A DNA stretch of 63,568 bases from the IMG/VR virus record IMGVR_UViG_3300009678_000062, positions 1 to 63,568 of that record; one strand, 5' to 3'. The notes below the pieces were generated by a model, which had not been told where the DNA came from, did not search any database, and was given only the letters and a program-made list of their open reading frames with translations. Origin of the DNA: a virus (lineage: Duplodnaviria; Caudoviricetes). Position 1 is the stretch's first letter. Every line of letters begins with the position of its first letter. Shown here piece by piece: positions 48,241 to 57,741 of this stretch. A program made the translations under genes and the position numbers.

Positions 48241-48581
48241 TGGCACGCGATACGCCGGATCGAACGCCGACATTCACGGAAACGGCATCTTCAAAACAGA
48301 AGGTCTGGGGTGATGACCCGAGCAACTTGCGGTATAACCGCCAGATGCTGATCAAGCATATCAAGAAACTGCAGGACGCGACGGGGGACTACAAGGCAAT
48401 ACCGGCAGATGCTGATGACGAGTTATGGATGATACATCGCGCTAAAGGACTGGAACATAAGGCGCGCAAGAAGGGGATCGAGTTCCAGGAATTGCCGCCG
48501 CCGACAGGTGGGGCGATGCCAGGGCGATACCCGGACAAGAACTATCGCAAGTTCAAAGGCCGGAAATGGGGGATGACCTGA
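48237..48581 (+). CDS. hypothetical basic protein
   Basis: Coupled ORF in the late operon. Confidence 0.55.
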   Translation: MMARDTPDRTPTFTETASSKQKVWGDDPSNLRYNRQMLIKHIKKLQDATGDYKAIPADADDELWMIHRAKGLEHKARKKGIEFQELPPPTGGAMPGRYPDKNYRKFKGRKWGMT

Positions 48582-48853
48582 TGGCTGAGAAGGGGGAGAA
48601 GCGCGACAAATCCAGCCACCGTACACCGGGGCAGATCAAGCGCATGAACCGGGGCTACGACGCTCGCCCGGAGCGGATCAAGATCCGCGATGAGGACAAT
48701 AAAGCAAGGAAGATGCTCGGGCTCAAAGTGGGCGACAAAAGGGATGCCGCCCACATTAAAGGCCACCGGGATGGTGGCAAGACCGTCAGGTCCAACCTGA
48801 AGCCGCTTCACCGTTCAAAGAACAGAGGGTGGAGAGACGGCGGGGATAAATAA
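48581..48853 (+). CDS. small HNH-like endonuclease-fold protein
   Basis: DAAH...GG...SNL...SKNR resembles the HNH motif; TGATG coupling. Confidence 0.55.
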   Translation: MAEKGEKRDKSSHRTPGQIKRMNRGYDARPERIKIRDEDNKARKMLGLKVGDKRDAAHIKGHRDGGKTVRSNLKPLHRSKNRGWRDGGDK

Positions 48854-48854
48854 G

Positions 48855-49073
48855 CTACGCCGTCCCTACAACATCCGGACTGTGCACCCGTATCCGGTTG
48901 AGCTCGCTCTCGGGGAACTTGCCGGACTGAACTACCAGCTCGCTGACCAGCTTGAGGAACTCCTCGTCGCTCAGCACGAAGTTCACATTCATGTCCGGGG
49001 TTTTAGACACCGAAACCAGGATCGCGGTTCCGTTGCCGAGTAGCTGTACCTGCACCTGTGTGGGTGTGCTCAT
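48855..49073 (-). CDS. hypothetical protein
   Basis: ACCCACAAAGGAG leader; last gene of the leftward arm. Confidence 0.65.
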   Translation of the reverse strand: MSTPTQVQVQLLGNGTAILVSVSKTPDMNVNFVLSDEEFLKLVSELVVQSGKFPESELNRIRVHSPDVVGTA

Positions 49074-49074
49074 T

Positions 49075-49257
49075 TCATTCTCCTTTGTGGGTAAGGGCGG
49101 CGTCGACAGCGGCCTCTATGCCGACCTGTAGTGCGTATCGCCCAATGTCCTTATTGTGAGCCATCGCCGCAATCTCACGCAACGCCGCTTCGACACGCTC
49201 GATGCGAGCACGTAACTCATCCTGCTCTTGGGAACATTGCTTAAAAGTTTCGCTCAT
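49075..49257 (-). CDS. hypothetical coiled-coil protein
   Basis: GGAG RBS; ATGA overlap. Confidence 0.6.
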   Translation of the reverse strand: MSETFKQCSQEQDELRARIERVEAALREIAAMAHNKDIGRYALQVGIEAAVDAALTHKGE

Positions 49258-49451
49258 TTGAACGTCTCCAGTTGACGACCCCAATTGACACCTTCCTTGC
49301 CATAGGTGTCCTGTATTTCAGCGTCAGATAACGGCAACGATCCGGCGCAGCGCCCACATAGACCCCAGCCAGCATCCTGGTTCCAGAACTGCTGCCATTT
49401 CCCGGCGTACTTGCCGCAAACAGCACAAGCTAAGTCGCGGCGTTTAGCGCT
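49254..49451 (-). CDS. small zinc-finger protein (CxxC...CxxC)
   Basis: CAVCG...WQQFWNQDAGWGLCGRC. Likely GTG start near 49451 after GGAGG; start uncertain. Confidence 0.55.
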   Translation of the reverse strand, partial: SAKRRDLACAVCGKYAGKWQQFWNQDAGWGLCGRCAGSLPLSDAEIQDTYGKEGVNWGRQLETFK

Positions 49452-49986
49452 CACATTGCACCTCCCCACCGCACGGGCAACGCACCCGCTCTGGCGACCC
49501 GTTCCTGACCACGGTGCCGTCGTCAGGGTTCCACGTACGGTACTCAGCGGCACATTGTGCCGCCCACTCCTCGTTGCCCAGTGTAGCGGGCTCTGTGCCC
49601 GCTACAGCCACCACCCCGTCGCGCTGGACGATCAGGTAGCGCATGTCATTCACCCAGCTATCGAGGTTCCGATGCGCCTCCGGCAGTGGGAGCAACGTCG
49701 GCAGGATGCTCACGCACTGCTTGAACACCTGCACTGCAAGGTCGGTGATGTACTTGTCGCTGACCTCATTTGCCCGGACCGGAATTGTATGCATCAGATC
49801 GATGCGTACCGCCTCACGGCTGTAAATTGCGCAGTAGGCGAGGCTGGCGTCGTCGATGGAACGGAGCTCTTCCGCTCGGGCACGAGAGGCCCAGAGCAGA
49901 ACAACAACCAGAAGAGCCAGGCATACAGCGACAAACATACCAACCACTCTAAGCGTCGTCGGGTCGTCTCTGTCATCCTCATCCAT
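49444..49986 (-). CDS. membrane-anchored or secreted protein with a BA14K-like C-terminal domain
   Basis: Hydrophobic N-terminal segment ending ARA; WAAQCAAEYRTWNPDDGT...G...RVRC. Confidence 0.65.
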   Translation of the reverse strand: MDEDDRDDPTTLRVVGMFVAVCLALLVVVLLWASRARAEELRSIDDASLAYCAIYSREAVRIDLMHTIPVRANEVSDKYITDLAVQVFKQCVSILPTLLPLPEAHRNLDSWVNDMRYLIVQRDGVVAVAGTEPATLGNEEWAAQCAAEYRTWNPDDGTVVRNGSPERVRCPCGGEVQCER

Positions 49987-49991
49987 CGCTC

Positions 49992-50366
49992 CTACTCCCA
50001 CTCGATGCCGAGAGCCGACATCACTTTACGCAGGTTGGCTTCGACGGCAGTGAGCTTGGCCTCGAGCATCTCGACCCGGGACTTGGTTGTCGCATTGTTG
50101 GTGACACGGTTGGCGGCACGCTCCTTGTGCGTGCGGAGATAGCCCATCAGCTGCACCTGCAGGCGATGGACGTTGTAGACGGTGACACCGCCACCGATCG
50201 TATCGGCAACCCGCTGCACGCCCCAGCCGGGAATGTAGCTCCCGTACTGCCGGCCGTCCTCGGGATCGAGCTCTGGCTCCTTGACGAACACTTCCCTCAG
50301 TTTATCGTAGACTGCTACAAACTGCTGCGCGGTGAGTACCTTACGGCTCGGGACATGGGCTTCCAT
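49992..50366 (-). CDS. hypothetical protein, possibly DNA-binding
   Basis: AAGGAG RBS before ATG 50366 (in-frame extension to 50507 possible); VQRVADTIG...TVYNV; coiled-coil tail. Confidence 0.6.
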   Translation of the reverse strand: MEAHVPSRKVLTAQQFVAVYDKLREVFVKEPELDPEDGRQYGSYIPGWGVQRVADTIGGGVTVYNVHRLQVQLMGYLRTHKERAANRVTNNATTKSRVEMLEAKLTAVEANLRKVMSALGIEWE

Positions 50367-50542
50367 TTCAGTCTCCTTTGTGGGTGTGGGTGGTAAGTTA
50401 CCTACTTTGTATTTATCATGCATAGGTGGTACATACACAACTTCAACCAGCTCCTCGTCGCCGGGGATCTGCATGGCAGTGCTACTTAGCAAGAAAGGTT
50501 TCAGCATTTCCTCATCCTCCTGTGGGTGGTTACTATCGATAG

Positions 50543-50725
50543 TTACTGCAGCCGCGTATACTCCAGGTCACTTATCAGAATGGCGGAGAAAGTTCCGTCC
50601 TCCCATGCTATCACGACGGCAGCAGCATCATCGACATCGTCGACCAACCCCTCATGGTCGGTCAGCGATACGATCACGCCGGTTTTACCATTGAAGCTCA
50701 CCGGGTCTCCTACTTCCGGTCTCAT
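50543..50725 (-). CDS. 60-aa hypothetical protein
   Basis: ATGA overlap with the primase stop; TAA lies in palindrome 50530. Confidence 0.6.
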   Translation of the reverse strand: MRPEVGDPVSFNGKTGVIVSLTDHEGLVDDVDDAAAVVIAWEDGTFSAILISDLEYTRLQ

Positions 50726-53655
50726 GTCAGATCCTGCAGGTAGGTTTTTGCTACCGACTGGGTCAGGTCGATATCGACGACGAAACTGCTGGCCCCGGCA
50801 TAGAACGTCCCCGCACCGAGCGTGGCGTTGGTCCGTATCGCGCCGAACTGCTGCTTCAATGCCTCGACGAAGACATGCCTCGGCGCGTGCCGTTTCTCGA
50901 GCCAATCCATGAGGCCAGAGAGGCTGATCCGTAGCCAGCGGTCCTTGGTGGCCACCTGCACGATCAGCGCGTCCTTGGGTTCGCCGAGTGTCTTGATCGT
51001 GCCCTGCTTCGGCTTGCCCCGTCCCCGCCACATGGTATCGGTGACCAGTGTGTTCTTCGCCCGCATGTCGCGGAGGAACTGGGCCAGCATGTCGGCGACG
51101 TTGATGCTCTTGGCCATGTCGACCGACTGGCTGTCCCGGATCGCCCGCATACCGTAGAACTGGTCGATCATGAACGAGCGCAGTTCATCAACGTCGATCG
51201 TGGTCAGGCCGAGCTCATTGGAGTAGATCGCACCCTGTACGATGACGGCGACCAGTGCCGCCCAGAACCGCTCGTCCTCTGCAACGTTCACTTCATTGCC
51301 GACCTTGATCATCTCATCGGCAACCTCGCGGTCGATCCGCTGGTAATTGCTGCCGAGAAACTGGGCGTAGATCTGCCCGGCATTGCCGTAGTTCGCACCC
51401 AGCGATGCGATCATGCGAGCGGCTTCCGAGATCGGGATCCGCCCTTTGGTACCGCGCTCGACGGTGAACTCGAACATGCGGTAGATGCCAGCCGTGGTCA
51501 TCTTGGTCTGGTTGACCACGTAGTCGAGCATGCTCTCGTTCGACGCCGTGACCAGCAGCGTCTCCCATGATCCGGCTTCACGCTGTTCGGCGTTGGGCCG
51601 CAGCCGGTGCTTTTCCCGCCCCTGCGTGATCTGGAAGAACAGCAGCACCATCCGGCGAGTATCCTCCTCGGTTTTCAACTCGTCCCAGAACATCGGCAGC
51701 GAGCGGAGCTTGCCGAGTTTGTTGACCACCGAATTCTGGGTATCGTTGAGCCCCTGCATGGCGCGGACCGGGTCACCCCACACCGCCTGAGCCACCTTCA
51801 TCGCCGTGGTTTTGCCGATACCGCTTTCCATCGAGTACAGGCTCATCAGCAGTCCCGGTTGCCCGGTGCAGCGAACCAACGGTGCGGCAAACGACGACGC
51901 CAGGATGGCGTCGAGCGCCGGTCGCTTCTGGCTGGTCACCATCTGGGCAGCATCATACCATACTTTTAGATCTCCTACAGGGTTATACTGCAGACCTAAT
52001 GCATGGTCAGTCGGGGGCGCGTTGCGGTTACCGCCCGGTGTGTAGAGAGTGCCACCGTAAGCGAACCCCTCCGGCGACCAACCGAATGGATCAGTGCCGG
52101 TTGATGCCTCTTTGATCGTCTGTAGTCTCTTTGTCCATGCCACGAAGAACTCTCCTACCTTTTTGACCTCGTTCGATTGCATCATCAGGCCGACCGTCTG
52201 CAGCTCGCGCCGCATGTCCTGTCCTGCCGTTATTCCGGCACTGATCTGCACCGGCTTGCTTAGTCCGACCCGAACCGAGGTGGTGAAGTTGAGCATTTCC
52301 CCTTTCACTGGATCGACGCTGAGAAAGGGATTGACCAGAACGTAGTCGAGGACGCGCGTGTAGATCGTCTGTCCAGCCTCATCCAGCGACGTTGCACTGA
52401 CGAACCCGTAGGTGTCGCGAATGTAGCCAGTTGGCAGGTCGATATTGCCTTTCAGCCCCGAGACGTAGGCCACCCCGTTGACATGGGGCGCCGGCACACG
52501 GGCGATGAAGTTGAGCGGCGACTTGCCCGCTTGCAGGTGCGGACAGGTTTTGCAGGGTTTCGAGCCATTGTTGGCGATCGTCTTGCATTGTGGCCAGCCC
52601 AGCCCCTTGGCGGCTTGTGCCTCCACCGCCAGATCGTACTTGTCGCTGGTATCCTTCTCGCTCCAGCGGACGTCGCCCTGACTCATCACCTGAGCCGCAG
52701 CTTCGCCTTCCTGTGTCCACATCGCCAGCTGGACACTCTCGTACCACAACGGTTCGCTATAGCCGTTGCCACCCGTGGCGCAGGCATCGCGAACGAAAGG
52801 GCACGCCCTGGCCAACTCCTTGAGGAACGGCTTTGGCAGCTTGTACTCGTCGATCCCCGCCGACAGGTCATTCGCTTGTAATGATGGTCCGTTAGGATTA
52901 AGCTGCTTACTATTGCTAGTTAGTGCCTTACCTGCTACCTTGTATGGAGCTAATGCATGCTCAATCCGCGAAACCGAGTAGTCGCCGTCTTCGACGACGA
53001 CCAGCTCGACCTCTTTGGTCGGGCTGAATTTGTGATTGAGGGTCTGGGGTATGCGGAGGATGCGGGCGTGATCAGTGCTGCAACCTACATCGAATTTCAG
53101 GCCATGATGCGTCGCTGCGTTGACGAGAGCGTGGGCATTTGGAAGCCATTCCTCTGGAGTGAGGATGCGGTCGAGCGTCCAGTAGACGTGGACCCCACCT
53201 CCGGTCCGCACCACGACTGACGGTGCAGGGAACTTGATCGCCTTGAGGAAATTGAACAGTGCGGTTACGGCATCCTCGATGGTGTCATAGCTGTCGGGCT
53301 CCCCCTTGGCGTCGAGGTCCATGTAAAGCGATTTGATCCCGACGACCTGCCCCTGTTCACGGATCGCCTTGGTGTACTTGTACCCCTTCTTCGATGTGAT
53401 CTCCTCAGCAGTACGGAGGGAACCCATGCAAACGTAGACGTCCTTCATGCTCGGCCGGCCTAGCGCCCAGTTGATCGTGCTGATCGCTTCCGTCACCGAC
53501 TTTACGCCACGGGTACTCCAGAAAAACTTGTCGCCTTCTCCTTTGCTTTTGTAGGTGATCCCGATCCACGCAGGTGGATCGCCGTCTTGCGGCCAGGGCA
53601 GCACCTTGGCGAGGTACTGCTTGGCCGTGCTGTAGTCCTTCATCAGACGTGCCAT
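50722..53655 (-). CDS. primase-helicase (RepB/AEP-like primase, Zn finger, DUF927-like NTPase)
   Basis: MDLD, TGGGVHVYW, RILRIPQTLNHK; CKTCPH; Walker A SGIGKTT; FWDE; LVTASN. Confidence 0.85.
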   Translation of the reverse strand: MARLMKDYSTAKQYLAKVLPWPQDGDPPAWIGITYKSKGEGDKFFWSTRGVKSVTEAISTINWALGRPSMKDVYVCMGSLRTAEEITSKKGYKYTKAIREQGQVVGIKSLYMDLDAKGEPDSYDTIEDAVTALFNFLKAIKFPAPSVVVRTGGGVHVYWTLDRILTPEEWLPNAHALVNAATHHGLKFDVGCSTDHARILRIPQTLNHKFSPTKEVELVVVEDGDYSVSRIEHALAPYKVAGKALTSNSKQLNPNGPSLQANDLSAGIDEYKLPKPFLKELARACPFVRDACATGGNGYSEPLWYESVQLAMWTQEGEAAAQVMSQGDVRWSEKDTSDKYDLAVEAQAAKGLGWPQCKTIANNGSKPCKTCPHLQAGKSPLNFIARVPAPHVNGVAYVSGLKGNIDLPTGYIRDTYGFVSATSLDEAGQTIYTRVLDYVLVNPFLSVDPVKGEMLNFTTSVRVGLSKPVQISAGITAGQDMRRELQTVGLMMQSNEVKKVGEFFVAWTKRLQTIKEASTGTDPFGWSPEGFAYGGTLYTPGGNRNAPPTDHALGLQYNPVGDLKVWYDAAQMVTSQKRPALDAILASSFAAPLVRCTGQPGLLMSLYSMESGIGKTTAMKVAQAVWGDPVRAMQGLNDTQNSVVNKLGKLRSLPMFWDELKTEEDTRRMVLLFFQITQGREKHRLRPNAEQREAGSWETLLVTASNESMLDYVVNQTKMTTAGIYRMFEFTVERGTKGRIPISEAARMIASLGANYGNAGQIYAQFLGSNYQRIDREVADEMIKVGNEVNVAEDERFWAALVAVIVQGAIYSNELGLTTIDVDELRSFMIDQFYGMRAIRDSQSVDMAKSINVADMLAQFLRDMRAKNTLVTDTMWRGRGKPKQGTIKTLGEPKDALIVQVATKDRWLRISLSGLMDWLEKRHAPRHVFVEALKQQFGAIRTNATLGAGTFYAGASSFVVDIDLTQSVAKTYLQDLT

Positions 53656-53685
53656 CGGCCATGCTCGTGGGTGAGAGGCTGCAGG

Positions 53686-53717
53686 GGCAGGGGGGTTGCA
53701 GCCCCCCTGCCATTTTT
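53686..53717 (+). terminator. terminator-like hairpin oriented antisense to the replication genes
   Basis: GGCAGGGGGG-TTGCAG-CCCCCCTGCC-ATTTTT. Confidence 0.65.
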
Positions 53718-53718
53718 A

Positions 53719-54747
53719 TTAGTTCTTCCCTCCTAGAAACGCGGAGAGCTTGGCGTCGAGCGCCGCGTCGAACGCCTCATCGCCCTCGTCTTCCTCAGCT
53801 GCCGCCGTTTCGGTGTTTGCAGTTTCCACCGTTGCAGCAGCTTCCTCCACCACCTGAGCATCCTCGATCTCCTCCGGCTCCTCTGCACGGGCGACCGCTG
53901 CCTTGCGCGGGCTCACCTTGCTCTTGGGCGGGGGAGCGGCGTTGATCACCTTGGGCGTTGCCGGCGGCAGCGCTGCGACCGCCGCCGGGCGCTGGGTCCC
54001 ACCGTCGGCGTCGATCACCGTCTCTCCCACTTCATCGAGGATCCGTTCGACCATCTGGTTATCCCGCATCTCGATGACGATCTCGCCTTCCTCCTTGGTC
54101 AGCGGCCGGATCGCCATGAACCGGAACTTGGGATATGCCTCCTGCGGATCGAACTGGATCTTGGTAGCCACGGCGTAGTAGTGGTATCCGAGCTTAGCCA
54201 GCTCGTTACCGTAGCTCGACAGGTCGGCCAGTGACGCAGCCGGCACGCGCAGCAGCATGGGTCCGCCCATATCCTCGTTGGCAACGTCGTCGAGCGGCAC
54301 TACGGCCATGCGCTTGCTGTCGGTGCACTCCTTCGCACGCTTGTTGTTCTCGGTGATCCTGCCACCCCAGATGTTACGCTGGCAGGTGGCGCACGTCTCC
54401 GACTGACGCTTGGGCGAGTTCGGGCTGGGCGTCACGCCGTTACCCGACCAGCAGTCGGGGGGCGACGTGTTGCCTTCGACATAACCCTGCTCATACCAGA
54501 CCTTGCTGAGCACTTTGGCAGAGGCGACGATCACCGCGTCGAAGCTCGAGCGCGGCCCATCGCCGTCCTCCCGCATCAGCACCTGCTCCTCGCCCCGGTA
54601 CCTGTAGCTCCAGGTTTTTCCCTTGTAGCCGACCACGGCGAAGCCGCCCGTGATGCCCCCGCTGAGGTCGTTCTCGACCGGCAGCTTGGTGAACACGTCA
54701 GCCATTTTGTACTTGGAAAAGTCCTTCGAAATCATCTCGTTAGCCAT
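53719..54747 (-). CDS. putative ssDNA-binding / replication protein
   Basis: PDCWS...CATCQRN...KEC...LLRVPAASL; acidic C-terminal tail; between helicase and primase. Confidence 0.65.
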   Translation of the reverse strand: MANEMISKDFSKYKMADVFTKLPVENDLSGGITGGFAVVGYKGKTWSYRYRGEEQVLMREDGDGPRSSFDAVIVASAKVLSKVWYEQGYVEGNTSPPDCWSGNGVTPSPNSPKRQSETCATCQRNIWGGRITENNKRAKECTDSKRMAVVPLDDVANEDMGGPMLLRVPAASLADLSSYGNELAKLGYHYYAVATKIQFDPQEAYPKFRFMAIRPLTKEEGEIVIEMRDNQMVERILDEVGETVIDADGGTQRPAAVAALPPATPKVINAAPPPKSKVSPRKAAVARAEEPEEIEDAQVVEEAAATVETANTETAAAEEDEGDEAFDAALDAKLSAFLGGKN

Positions 54748-54756
54748 TTTGTTCTC

Positions 54757-55146
54757 CTATGCCTTGCGAACCCCGACCACATAGGTCGAGTTAAGGTTGA
54801 CCCCAGGTGGGAGCACTTTGTTTTCTTCGAGGTATTCCGAGACGGCAGTGACGTTGGGCTTGCGATCGACCAGATCCCACATCTCGTGGCGAACCACGAA
54901 ATCCCAGAACGCCTTGAAGTCAGCCGTGGAGGCTGACCGTTTGGCGGTGCGATAGACCGTCCCCGCCTTGGTGCGGACATTGTCCGCTTTGATCTGCTCC
55001 AGATGCTGGAGCAGGAGGTTGTTGAGCGCGTCCAGCGTCTCACGCTTCTCCTTCATCTTCTCCTTGTGGGCGTCATCTTCCTGCTTGATCAGGGCGCGCA
55101 GCTGGACGTACTGCGCCACCCGCATATCGAAATTAGGTATGGGCAT
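54757..55146 (-). CDS. conserved phage replication-module protein
   Basis: Coiled coil, then VRTKAGTVY...LPPGVN. Confidence 0.7.
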   Translation of the reverse strand: MPIPNFDMRVAQYVQLRALIKQEDDAHKEKMKEKRETLDALNNLLLQHLEQIKADNVRTKAGTVYRTAKRSASTADFKAFWDFVVRHEMWDLVDRKPNVTAVSEYLEENKVLPPGVNLNSTYVVGVRKA

Positions 55147-55205
55147 GTTGATAATCCTCGTGGGTGGTTAACTATCGATAGTCAGAGTGCTTGCTTGGCT
55201 CCTCC

Positions 55206-56750
55206 TTACACGGTGTCGAGCTCGAACAGCTCCATCAGCTGGTCCTGCACGTTCTGCTTCCTCTGAAGAAGGGCATACATTTTACGCTCAACTTGCGTTG
55301 ACTGCAAGTGAAGAATAAGTTGTTTGCTCTTCTGACCAACGCGCCGAATGCGCGCGTTAGCTTGCTCATAGATCTCTAGAGACATTGTAGGACTGAACCA
55401 GATGATAGTACTTGCAGTAGTAAGAGTTACACCATGCGCCAGACACTGCGGGTGGGCTGCAAGCACATGGTACTTATCGCTGTTCTGAAACAAGTTGAAT
55501 GTTTGCGCTCGCTCACCAGCGGGCGTACTTCCGGACATGGTGGTGTGGTCGATCCCCTCCTTGGTCAGCGCCTTGGCAATCCCGGCAAGGGCGTGCTTGA
55601 ACGGCACGAACACCAGGACCTTGCGCTTGCTGGCTAAAACCTCGTCGACCATCGCTGCAACCCGCAGGTCATTATCGAGCTCGACGACGTTTCGTTCGCG
55701 ATCGTACACCCAGCCACAGGAAACTTGTAGGAGTTTCATCATCGCTGCACCGGCATTTGCGGCGGTGATCTCCTGCGACTGCACCAATGCGTAACACTGC
55801 TCGAGCATCTGCTTGTAGACCTTGGTTTGGGTCGGTCCCTGCTCGATGTCGACGAACCGGCTGATGGTTTCCGGCAGCTCAACTACGTCGTCCAATGTGT
55901 ACCTGACTGCAGGCTGAAGCGCGTCGAACGCCTTGGCTACCGCGTCGTGCTTCGGCACCCATTTGAACTGGTTGACCTTGAGCATTAGATCGTCGCGGAA
56001 CCGCCCGAAGTACTTCGGCACCCGGTTGGGGGTGACGATGCTAGCCTGCGCCCATGCGTCGGTCGGGCTGTTGGGGATTGGGCTGCCGGTCATCCCCCAC
56101 ACGATCTGCACGGTTTTGGCGTAAGCCCGCATCAGCTTGGTGCGCGATGCCTGACCATTGCGATAGACAGCAAGCTCGTCGAGCACCAGCACGCCGATAT
56201 CTACACGGAGCTTGATCTCGTCATGGATGGTGCGGAACCCATCGTGGTTGATGATGAAGATCTCCGCGTCGCTATCCAGCCGCTGCAGCCGCTGCTCACG
56301 CGTGCCGTATAGGACGGAGTACTTACGGTGCGGCAACGTCGACAGGATCTCCCGCGCCCACACGAAGTTCAGCGTGGACAGCGGCGCGACCACCAGCAGC
56401 TTGGCTGCGCCGATGCTCCGCATATAATCCCATGCCCACAGGATCGCTCGAGTTTTCCCAGTTCCCAGTTCGTTCAGCACGTAGCTCCGGGGATTGAGCG
56501 TCAGGTGGGCGCAGGTTTTCTTCTGCACATCGAACGGCTTGAGCACGCCCGGCCAGTCGTACTGGGTCAGGATCGGCGACGGCACGTCGTAGTCGAGGGC
56601 CCGCATCACGTAGGTGTTGGCCAGATTATGCTTCACGAAGCCGAATGGCTGGCCGTTGACCTCCATCTCCATCGCCTTCGGCCAATGCAGCTGTAGGACA
56701 GCCAGCGGCGCCCCGATCAGCTTGTGTTCAGTACTAACCAGCGCTCTCAT
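55206..56750 (-). CDS. SNF2-family helicase
   Basis: ELGTGKT, LVVAPLS, VLDE, MTGSP, HGVTLT, QANARIRRVGQ. Confidence 0.92.
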   Translation of the reverse strand: MRALVSTEHKLIGAPLAVLQLHWPKAMEMEVNGQPFGFVKHNLANTYVMRALDYDVPSPILTQYDWPGVLKPFDVQKKTCAHLTLNPRSYVLNELGTGKTRAILWAWDYMRSIGAAKLLVVAPLSTLNFVWAREILSTLPHRKYSVLYGTREQRLQRLDSDAEIFIINHDGFRTIHDEIKLRVDIGVLVLDELAVYRNGQASRTKLMRAYAKTVQIVWGMTGSPIPNSPTDAWAQASIVTPNRVPKYFGRFRDDLMLKVNQFKWVPKHDAVAKAFDALQPAVRYTLDDVVELPETISRFVDIEQGPTQTKVYKQMLEQCYALVQSQEITAANAGAAMMKLLQVSCGWVYDRERNVVELDNDLRVAAMVDEVLASKRKVLVFVPFKHALAGIAKALTKEGIDHTTMSGSTPAGERAQTFNLFQNSDKYHVLAAHPQCLAHGVTLTTASTIIWFSPTMSLEIYEQANARIRRVGQKSKQLILHLQSTQVERKMYALLQRKQNVQDQLMELFELDTV

Positions 56751-57004
56751 TGGATCCGATCCCTTGTGATCTTGGCGTACCCACCGATATCGTCCCAGTG
56801 ATCGTGAAAGTTCGGATCACCGGCAACGATGCGCGCTACCTTGTGCAGGATCATGTCGATCGCTTCGCGATGGGTATCGCGAAGCATTTCCCAGGTTGGC
56901 TCGCATTGCACAGCCCGTTTCAGCGCCTGAGCGATGCGAGCCTGATCGTTAAAATCGCCGTGTCTGGTCGTACGTTCGGCGACCAATGCCTCAATGTCGG
57001 TCAT
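56747..57004 (-). CDS. DUF6378-like protein
   Basis: HGDF...KVARIVAGDP...DHWDDIGGYA. Confidence 0.75.
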   Translation of the reverse strand: MTDIEALVAERTTRHGDFNDQARIAQALKRAVQCEPTWEMLRDTHREAIDMILHKVARIVAGDPNFHDHWDDIGGYAKITRDRIQ

Positions 57005-57188
57005 CGGTTTCTCCTTCACTTTTGATAGTTAGCACCCCCTCCACCGGTACGTCGCGCCACTCATACTGGGTGATAAAACGCCCGCCGGGTCTCTGCACGG
57101 TGACTTCCCATTGCTGCTGCAGGACGTAGCGCCCGTCGTGTTTGACGAAGCGCAGCGTTGCCGTCGGAAAAGAGTCGATCTCATCCAT
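56991..57188 (-). CDS. hypothetical protein (65 aa)
   Basis: LRFV...VLQQQW...EWRDVP. Confidence 0.6.
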   Translation of the reverse strand: MDEIDSFPTATLRFVKHDGRYVLQQQWEVTVQRPGGRFITQYEWRDVPVEGVLTIKSEGETDDRH

Positions 57189-57677
57189 TGCTGACCACCG
57201 TGTTGCGTGGAGCTCTCTTGATCAGGTGGTCGTTCCACGTCACGAACCCGCGCAGGGTGGTGACCTCCGGCCACGTGCCTTTGAACGTCACCGCGCGATC
57301 GTCGAGAGTGACGAACGCTGACGGCTTGCTGACGGGAAACTCCAGCTTGTTGACGAACTTCAACGCTGCCTCGCGCGGCGCTCCTTCTGTCTCCTTCTGG
57401 TACATGAAGTACTCGATGGCGTTGGCTTTGAACCACGCATGCATCGCATCACGCCCAGCTGCGAACTCGCTGCGGCTGGAGTAGATGCAGACACGGAAGT
57501 GCTTGAACGCTTCCTCGAGAAACTCGAACAGTCCCGGCACTGGTTCGTCGGGGATCGTCCACGCGTTGACCCAGCCGGACGTGTACATCGAGCACACGCC
57601 GTCGAAATCCAGGCAGAGTATGGGCTTATGATCCATTTGTTTCTCCTTCACTTTTGATAGTTAGCACCCCCTCCACC
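57007..57677. repeat. exact 39-bp direct repeat (57007-57045 and 57639-57677)
   Basis: GTTTCTCCTTCACTTTTGATAGTTAGCACCCCCTCCACC occurs twice and contains a palindrome and an RBS. Confidence 0.93.
57181..57636 (-). CDS. HAD-superfamily phosphatase-like protein
   Basis: LCLDFDGV, IYSSR, KP...LDDRA. Confidence 0.8.
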   Translation of the reverse strand: MDHKPILCLDFDGVCSMYTSGWVNAWTIPDEPVPGLFEFLEEAFKHFRVCIYSSRSEFAAGRDAMHAWFKANAIEYFMYQKETEGAPREAALKFVNKLEFPVSKPSAFVTLDDRAVTFKGTWPEVTTLRGFVTWNDHLIKRAPRNTVVSNG

Positions 57678-57741
57678 AGGATGCGGCGGCATTGGCGGAG
57701 GGGGTTCTACACGGGCGCCACCTTGGCAGACGCCCGCAAGC

